Part shown: positions 56,501-64,000 of the stretch, piece after piece | Layout: every line of letters begins with the position of its first letter | Position numbering within the stretch: position 1 is the first letter of the stretch | Source: Styela clava | Lineage: Eukaryota | Length of the DNA stretch: 64,000 nucleotides | Reading direction: 5' to 3' | Assembly (NCBI RefSeq): GCF_964204865.1 | Contig: NC_135250.1 | Location: forward strand, 7,564,001 to 7,628,000 | The notes under the pieces: model-generated | Told to the model about the DNA's origin: nothing | Databases searched by the model: none | What the model saw: the letters and a program-made list of their open reading frames with translations, nothing else | Position numbers and translations under genes: made by a program

Positions 56501-58976
56501 AGCTCACTGAATTTGTTGAGATTGCGATTAAATTTAGTTTTGGCACGAGTCTTATTGTTTTCCACTTTTGCTTTTGTAACATATTGTTCATAAAATGTAA
56601 CTTTTCACGTCACGCTTACATGGCCCGCCAGTCTAGGTGGGCGAAATGTTTGGCCCCTGGTCCAAAAACCTTGCCCCCCCCCCCCCCCATAGGGTCAGAC
56701 TCGACCCGTTCCATATAGTTTAAGATAAAAAAAAAACGCTGACGCGGCTGGCATTGTTTTTTTGGTGAAAGTAGCATTGATAATGACAAAATCTAAATTA
56801 TTTAATAAATGCGTAGCAAACTGTAAAATTTAACTTTCATTTTGTGGAATTTAATTGTGCAAAACTTGTACTTGTAGAATGAGCTGTGAATGTAACAAAA
56901 CCCATTTTTTCACATTTTAGTTGAAAAATACACTTTCATATTTGGGCTTCTGCAAGTCAATTGCTTTTTCATGGCTCCTATAATTGGCACCATTATGGAT
57001 TGGAAGTTAAAACTATTCAAAAATGAGGATGTCAGACAGTAAGTTGTACTAGTTGTTTTGTAGAGATCTCAAAAGTCTTTAGTAGCTTGAAATCATTCAA
57101 ATTTGAGAAAATAGATACCGGTAATCAAAATTTTTTCATTTTCAATACAAAAAATTCGTAACTTAATTGCATGAAATATCGTATATATACATACTTTTCT
57201 AGATTCTTATCCAAGCGTGAAATGTATTTGAAATATATATAGCCTATTGAAAACGCTTCATTTTCGCATCACATAAGATAGTAAAATGATTTCAATTGTA
57301 TATATATACCATATTGTTAAGTTTTTATTGAAAAATGTTGGTTTTTGTTTATCATTTCAGTAACGGAAAAGATAGAAAAGGTCAGATCATATGGAACTTG
57401 ATGATGGCTTTTGGACTGACCAATCTTCTGATGGTCACTTTCGGAATCATAATTATGTTTGAAAAATGCCTTCCTTTACAAGTAAGTGTGGCGCAATATA
57501 TATATATATATTTTTTTTGATAAAAAGGACAGACTTACAGTTTTATTTATTGTTGCAGGTTGTTGCTTTTGTAATGCACACTGCCATTCGAACTTTTCTG
57601 CATTCATCTCTTGGGGGATTATACGCTTGCATGTAAGTAATATGTATTGTTGGAGAAACCAGCCATGAGTCGTAATTGACATCAACGAGGTGTATTCTAC
57701 CTAATATGAGAAGACCATCTCCAAAAATGTGTATTAATAATGCCCATATTTTATATGAATTTTGAGTTTACACTGTCACTAGTCTTAGAGCACGAGAAAA
57801 TCATCAGCCAACAAATTGACAATACTAAAAAAATTAGGATTCATTCATACGCCTTCAAATTACTATTTTTTTTTAATTTTGCAGGTATCATTTTTCGCAT
57901 TTTGGAAAGTTAACTGGACTTTCATCTTTTCTTTCTGCACTGTTTATTTTAATTCAAGATCCTCTATTTGTAGTAATCAACAATTCCCTCGGAGGAGATC
58001 CTTTTTGGGTAAGTGGATAATTGAAATGTGCATATGACAACAAATTGCAACTTTGAATCCCGCGGGAGATGATGATATATGTAACTGCTTATTGCCTACA
58101 GTTTCTCACTTCAATCTAGTCTAGTTCGTGTATCTAAAACTCAAACTACGGTGCGTGTTAGCTAATCTCGCATGTCCTGCTAGGAATGGCGGCGCTCCAG
58201 AAGTGTATGTGCCAATATCGAGGTATCTAATTTTGAAACCTCAGTTCAACCGGAAAGTTTAAGGAAAATCGGAATAAAATTTGGGCCTAACCGTAACCTC
58301 GTACATATACTGCGAGAGTACCGGAATGGCAGCCATAAGGTGTTGACCAAATAATCTATTTGATTTCATCTACTCAAAAATATCCTAATTATCTATTCTT
58401 AGATTTTCTATGTTTATTTTTATTCATAAGTACCATAGAAAAGCTTCATTACCGAACACAGCTTGCCTTAAAACTTAAAGAAAAATAACACCATCGACTT
58501 CCGCATGCACACATACCTTATATTTATGTGCATAGCAGAAAATTGGTGTCTCCATGCTGGGATTTCATGCATCATCCTAGTGTTTGCCAAAAGACAAAAG
58601 CTGGCTATGTTCTATGTACTATTATAACTTATAGTCACGGAATCATGGAAGCTGTGTGGCTTCGAATCAGCAGTCATCGCTTATATTTTTTCAGATCAAC
58701 CTCGGACTTCTTATACTAAGCATATCAGGCTTTGGTCTTCCAATTTACTTATTCATCTACGGGCGAAAATACACGAGACAGTTAAATTTGACCGATGCAA
58801 TGAAAAAGAAAGCAGAAAAGTTGGATGCTATTGCCGAAGAAGAAGACGACGACGATGAGCCCGCCAAAATGAACGGTAACGGATATCACGTTTCGGATAA
58901 AAACCTCAACAAAGAGCCAAAAGACTTGGAAGAAGAACAAGCGCTACATTTGAGTATATCTGCCATTACTTTCTAA
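50544..58976 (+). CDS. SLC43A2: SLC43A1/A2 (LAT3/LAT4) neutral amino-acid transporter, 13 coding exons (50544-50700, 51119-51195, 53153-53319, 54499-54554, 55352-55521, 55604-55737, 55895-56017, 56096-56295, 56921-57038, 57361-57481, 57559-57632, 57885-58008, 58695-58976), 600 aa
   Basis: [50 protein letters not shown] matches the SLC43A2 N-terminus. Also [42 protein letters not shown] and GDPFWIN. GT-AG junctions total 1803 nt. Confidence 0.93.
52288..52582 (+). repeat. Near-identical tandem duplication (~142-bp unit, 153-bp period) in SLC43 intron 2
   Basis: CGTACCCGGCCAAGTATGGGAC...GCGCGTAGAATAGTTTATT at 52288 and again at 52441 with few substitutions. Confidence 0.9.
54222..54383 (+). 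mobile_element. 3'-truncated copy of the Merlin-like MITE
   Basis: GGTACTTCCGTAGTGTGTGTACCAGGTTAGGGTTAGGCC... aligns with the 42734 and 63757 copies up to CTTGATGTAAAAT. Confidence 0.8.
56385..56688. mobile_element. hAT-type MITE, same family as 22503-22787
   Basis: Colinear similarity to the 22.5-kb copy; right end ...AAAAACCTTGCCC expanded into a poly-C run. Confidence 0.75.
58191..58322 (-). mobile_element. 132-bp internally deleted Merlin-like MITE, reverse orientation
   Basis: GGCGCTCCAGAAGTG ... ATACTGCGAGAGTACC; perfect 8-bp TSD GGAATGGC (58183-58190, 58323-58330). Confidence 0.85.
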
Positions 58977-59037
58977 ACTTTAAAACAACGTCATAACTTT
59001 GAACTATATTTTTGAATCCTGCGTGGTACAACTAGAT

Positions 59038-59396
59038 CAGGAGTGGGCAATTACTTTCCTAAGTGGGCCACTCACAGATAATAGACTTGGTTACTGGGCC
59101 GGAGGTTTATAACTCAAAATGAAACTGTGAATGAAAACAGTTTATTTGGCTGGCATCGATAATAATCCATCAAACCAAATAACTGCCTGTCGGATCGTTT
59201 CACTGATATAAAGCAATAGGTATTCGCTGCAGGAGATGCTGTCGATAAAATTGGAAGATTAGCAAGTGACGTGAATATAGACAGAAGAATTGAAGTACTG
59301 AAATTGATGTACCGGAAATTCATATCCATAAAAACTAGTTGTAATTTCAGCAGGTAAAAGTGGGCCGAATGGAAAACTTCAATTTACCCACCCCTG
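59038..59396. mobile_element. hAT MITE 61 bp downstream of the SLC43 stop codon
   Basis: TIRs CAGGAGTGGGCAA / TTACCCACCCCTG; perfect 8-bp TSD AACTAGAT. Confidence 0.88.
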
Positions 59397-60549
59397 AACT
59401 AGATTGGATTCAAAGAGAGACGCCCATGCGTTTTTTTTATTATGCTCACAACAGTGGTTAGGCAAATATTTGTAAACTAGGTTTATAATCTAGACGAGTA
59501 CGTTTGCAACGAAAATACGTGCTCATTTTTGGTCTCGCGTTTCCAGTGTCTTCGATTAAAATGAGTTAACAATACCCATGGGAAATTATTGCCGACATTA
59601 CGCCATGAATTGACAATCAGAAAAAATACGACAAGGTCTTTTAATTCGAGAAACTATTTTACATTAATAGCGTTTATTACGGAAACTTATGTCCGTATAG
59701 TGCGGGAAAATACAATAACTTTCATTCCTTTTCTGTTTTTCATGCTAGTTATTTTCATTTATATGTCGCATCTGACTGACAATAAACTGTGAACTGATTC
59801 AGTTATTAACGAATTAAAAACATGAAATTCTTGATTAATGTCTGTCATTTTGTCCATTTACCGGATACAATGTAAGGGCAGAGTTTTTTAAATCATAATT
59901 CTGTGTGGGTGGTATGTCGCCATAGAAAACCCGTAGTACATAGCCACGCATGTTTTTGTTGGAATGCGCATAAGAGAAAATAAAGTTTTGCGCGAATAGA
60001 TTTCAGTGAGAACGAATAATCGCCATGATGAATTCTTGCGAAAATGGAACATTTGAGCATTGTGGTTTTTGGGCAAACGACTTTTGAGGCAATTGTTTTG
60101 CGAGGGTACTTTTCGTGGAATGGGCTTGTTGGAGAAACAACTTTTGTGATATTGCTATCAGAGTAGGATCTATGTACCAGTATCACTTCAACTATTCTTA
60201 ATTTACAAATATCGCATACACTCATTATTTACTAATACTATAATTTTTGTAGATAGAAATCAAATTCAAATGAAAAGTCCGTTTCAAATCGGAATATTCT
60301 AAATCTATAACTTGTAACTGCAAGATATGCATCAATATTGTGAAGTTTCTACACTGTATTTTCTTCCCAAGTACAAAAAAGCAGTACAAGTTTTCGGGCT
60401 TGTTTCGTTTGCCGTATACAAATTTTGGTCTAAGGCACTGCACTCTAGGTTGATATAATTTGGTACACTTGACAATTACGACTCCTGCAGTTCGACGCTG
60501 GCATAAATGCAAAAAAGTTTGCTTCCAAGTACACAACCCCGCCGCACAC

Positions 60550-62346
60550 TAGAGATGTACCGATACCACTTTTGTCGCCGATACCGATACGCCGATACTA
60601 CAAAAACGCCGATATTACCGATATTCCGATACCGATACTATGTGAATATTACTTAATTAGGTGTGCTGTGTAAGGCAGACGGGTTAAAACAATGGTCTTT
60701 GAGCGTTGTTCGTAGTACACATTATTTCAGATCGAAAAAAAAGATATATCACAGAATATGAAATTAATGTTTGGTGTTTGCTCTAACTCAGGGGTCAGGA
60801 ACCTTTTTGGTCAAGAGAGCCATAAAAGGTACAATTGGATTTTCGCGCGAGCCATATAGAATTTCTTCAGCTAATCAGGCCTGAAATATTTACTCAAAAG
60901 TCAACACATACAATGTCAATATCTGTTTATATGACTTCTGATGCTGCATGTTGTTGCTACAGGATATTAATAACGGCTGCTCATATACAGCACAAGATTA
61001 AATCTACGACACTCATGTCAACAGTCATCACCCTTCTTTTGTTTAGGCATTTCCGTAGTATTTGAAAACTAGCTTTGCTAGTCAGATCTAAATATGAAAA
61101 AATACGACTTCATCAATTTGTGATGTCACAATATATGTTACAGAATTCCCTAGTTGCGGCTAGTTATGTCACAATGCCTGTCTGGTAATTCTCTTACATG
61201 CGCTTGGCTCGCGTTTTCAAAACGTTTTGACAAATTTCCTGCCATATTTGGCTATAAAAGAGTTATCGTAATAATAGTAAGCTTAGCCTCAGAAAGTTAG
61301 ATTTTTCTGGGAGCCATATGCAGTCACCAAAAGAGCCATATATGGCTCGCGAGCCATGGGTTCCCGACCCCTGCTCTAACTGATTAAGATACATTGTACA
61401 GTAACGCTAGTAATCTCGGTGTTCAATTAGAAAACTCATAAGCCGGGATGTCCAATTTGAATTTAATGTTAATATCGCGATCCTCGAATATCGTTATTCG
61501 TGTTTAAAAGAATATCGCCCACACATTCTAGCGCCTACGTTCAAATTAAAAGCATTTTACAAGTTTTTTATTTCGTGGCTAATCGTAATCGTCGAAGCAA
61601 TAAGTCAAAGCCAACATGAAAGACTATCAATCAGCACCGACAAAAAGGAGGATTACCCATAACCGTCGAGAATGTTTGTTTACTTTACTATTTTATAATA
61701 TTTTACAATTGCTATCATATATTTTGAGACAGTCTATAGGGCTAGGCGGCCATGCTAATATATCTATAAAGTAATTGTGTAGTTAAACAAAATTAAAATT
61801 ATTACCTGCGTAGAGGGATAATTGTGTCGGAATTAAGTTTATCGATGTCGACGGACTAAATGACACTCGTACTTGATGACAAAAGTTAGAAATTATACCC
61901 GTGCCAAAAGTCTATGTGGCGTTAATAGGGACCCCAATTCCACTGTATGATTTAAAACTGGGTGCCTAGTTGCTTTTTGTTTTGTGCTGTGTTGATATAT
62001 TTCTTCATAATTACTATGTAATATTAAAAATGTCGTCGTATAAATATTTAACAGCGAAAATAGCCAAATTAGTTGAGCGGTTTGGCTGATAAATAGCTAA
62101 AAACACGTGAATCCTATTCTATCGCGGGGGTGGGACATGTATAGATCATAGCTCACGATCTCTTCAAACAAAAAATAAATTAAAAAGTACTATTCCAACT
62201 TATCTTTCAAAATATTCTGGACCATATCAAAATGGTAAATATATCGGAAATATCGGCCTTAATCTAACCGATACCGATACATGGCCGATACCGAAAAAAT
62301 GGCCGATATTGCCGATACCCGATACCGATACATCGGTACATCTCTA
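60550..62346. mobile_element. Non-autonomous hAT (Ac/Tip100-like) element with CCGATA subterminal arrays
   Basis: Perfect 15-bp TIR TAGAGATGTACCGAT / ATCGGTACATCTCTA; perfect 8-bp TSD CCGCACAC; clusters of CCGATA at both ends. Confidence 0.92.
60789..61373. mobile_element. Charlie-like hAT MITE nested in the previous element
   Basis: TIRs CAGGGGTCAGGAACC / GGTTCCCGACCCCTG; perfect 8-bp TSD CTCTAACT; GAGCCA subterminal repeats. Confidence 0.92.
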
Positions 62347-63756
62347 CCGCACACCCGAACGTCGCCTCCAGACGTTCCTCACAAACAAACCGAAATAAAA
62401 GTCATTATCTCTATTGGAATATACATAATAAAACGATCATCAGTTATATATTAATACATAATCATCGATCAGTACAGCGTTACAGCGACGACTAACAATA
62501 TATATATGTGTTAGTCACCATAGAGTCAAACCTGGACAATACATGGAAAAGCAGCGTTCAGGCGCCTTCCATTTATGGCCCACACTTGACAATTATTTAC
62601 AAAATGGTAACAATCAAGGTTAATATTAGTGCAAAAAGGGCAAAGTGCACTTCTATTATAATACGTGGCACTGTAATATAACGTCATAATCATGACGTCA
62701 CTATGTACATAAGCTTAAGTGCTTTTTGATTAGAACATGATTCCAGAATATTACTTCAATATTGAATCATAATAAAAAACATGATTTTCTTTAGCAAAAA
62801 TTTATGTTTTTGCATATTTTGGAATAATTACCTAGAATGTACAATTTAGTACAAATAAATGAAAAGTAAAAAATGTGCTTTATGGGTTGAAAGTCAGAAA
62901 GAATTTACCGCCATTTTTGATCGTTCTTAAAGATTGCGAGAAACAAAGATGGGAAAATATGAAAAGAATACAAATTATTTTCATCAGCAATATTTAGACT
63001 ACCGGTGTCAAAGTTCATATCGGCGGAAATTGATAAAACACTTTGCAGAATGATACTAATCAATTATTACAACATAAAAATCATCAAGTTTACAGTTCGG
63101 AAGCGAAACGAATCCAAATTGTTCAACATTTCAGTAACTTAACAAAAACATGCTAAGACTGTATTGACCAGAAAAAAACAAAGTAGAGTACAAGTTCATA
63201 AACTATGGAGGCTGAATAAATTGGTCTACATTAGTACAGGTGGGTATGTAAGATACAGTATGATAACATAAGTTGGTCATAGTCACAAATGAGTTGATTT
63301 TTAAATTAAGGCAGTGTGAAAAAAGTTCTATAATTGCAAAAAGTTTGTGGATACGAAAAAACTCATGGTAAAGACCGTAATATATGACACTTAATAATTG
63401 ACAATATTGGAAGTGAATGTTTAGCTAATTATCGAATACCCTAAATAAACTGCACCATGAACTGCTTTTCAGCTAGTCATGGAGTGTTTATTACATTTAC
63501 GCATACAGTAATATTTCAAATACGAATAACTCATATTTCATTCAATAACTCATAGATAAAATGTTCTTGAGAATTTCAATTAATTGCCACTAATTTGATA
63601 AGTGTACACAAGAAAATGGAATAGGAACAAACTGTCATAAAATATATTTAGGCATGAACAATACCGCAATGATAATAATAATATGGAAGATGTTACCAAC
63701 CACAATATCAGTTATAACTATTTATGTCAAAGAGTAAATTCATAATGAATGTCCAA

Positions 63757-63962
63757 ACCGCTCTAAGGTGTGTACCAGGTTAGGGTTAGGCCATAATTTT
63801 ATTCAAATTTTTATTATTTTAGTTTTATTACGAGTTCAGGGACTGTCTGTGTTATCCAAGTAAAATTCCTCCTTGCCATAGGCATTCAGTATCACAACTT
63901 GATGTAAAATAGGCGAATAAAATTAGTTACTTCCATATTGGTACATATACTTCTAGAGCGCC
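63757..63962 (+). mobile_element. Merlin-like MITE copy with degenerate left end
   Basis: GTGTGTACCAGGTTAGGGTTAGGCC ... CCATATTGGTACATATACTTCTAGAGCGCC, colinear with 42734-42931. No clean TSD. Confidence 0.8.
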
Positions 63963-64000
63963 CAAAGTTTTTTCTATAATTAAAGAGCTTACAGCTATAT

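Noticed and set aside
60560-60640. CCGATA repeat arrays as CRISPR-like or iteron repeats
   Set aside because: Eukaryotic context, no unique spacers; explained as hAT subterminal repeats.

Overview
AT-rich, intron-containing eukaryotic (invertebrate chordate) DNA, most consistent with an ascidian/tunicate. That taxonomic call is inferred from gene content, compact introns and mosaic CpG depletion. Eight protein-coding genes could be assembled by hand with GT-AG junctions and in-frame totals. Three consecutive + strand genes have uninterrupted CDS: the 3' part of PTPN3/4, a full-length KAT7/HBO1 and a 9-finger C2H2 ZNF. The others are Rab34/36, an unrecognised secreted 819-aa coiled-coil protein (- strand), a ZNF384/362 (rotund/lin-29)-like factor, a ZP-domain + EGF membrane protein and an SLC43A1/2 (LAT3/4) transporter. 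The non-coding space carries many non-autonomous DNA transposons, several with perfect 8-bp TSDs: two nested hAT-type pairs, a Merlin-like GG..CC MITE family with telomere-like GGTTAGGGTTAGG, and piggyBac-, Tc1/pogo- and Helentron-like elements, plus a SINE-like segment. The most interesting candidate novelty is the orphan secreted polyprotein. It has a pyroGlu...GKR amidated-peptide signature, a ~570-aa coiled coil with cysteines in heptad register, a furin site and an EGF fold split by an ~85-aa insert. Next are the intronless PTPN4-KAT7-ZNF block and the ZP protein with an EGF left on the membrane side of its furin site. No autonomous transposase, tRNA, rRNA or CRISPR array was seen.
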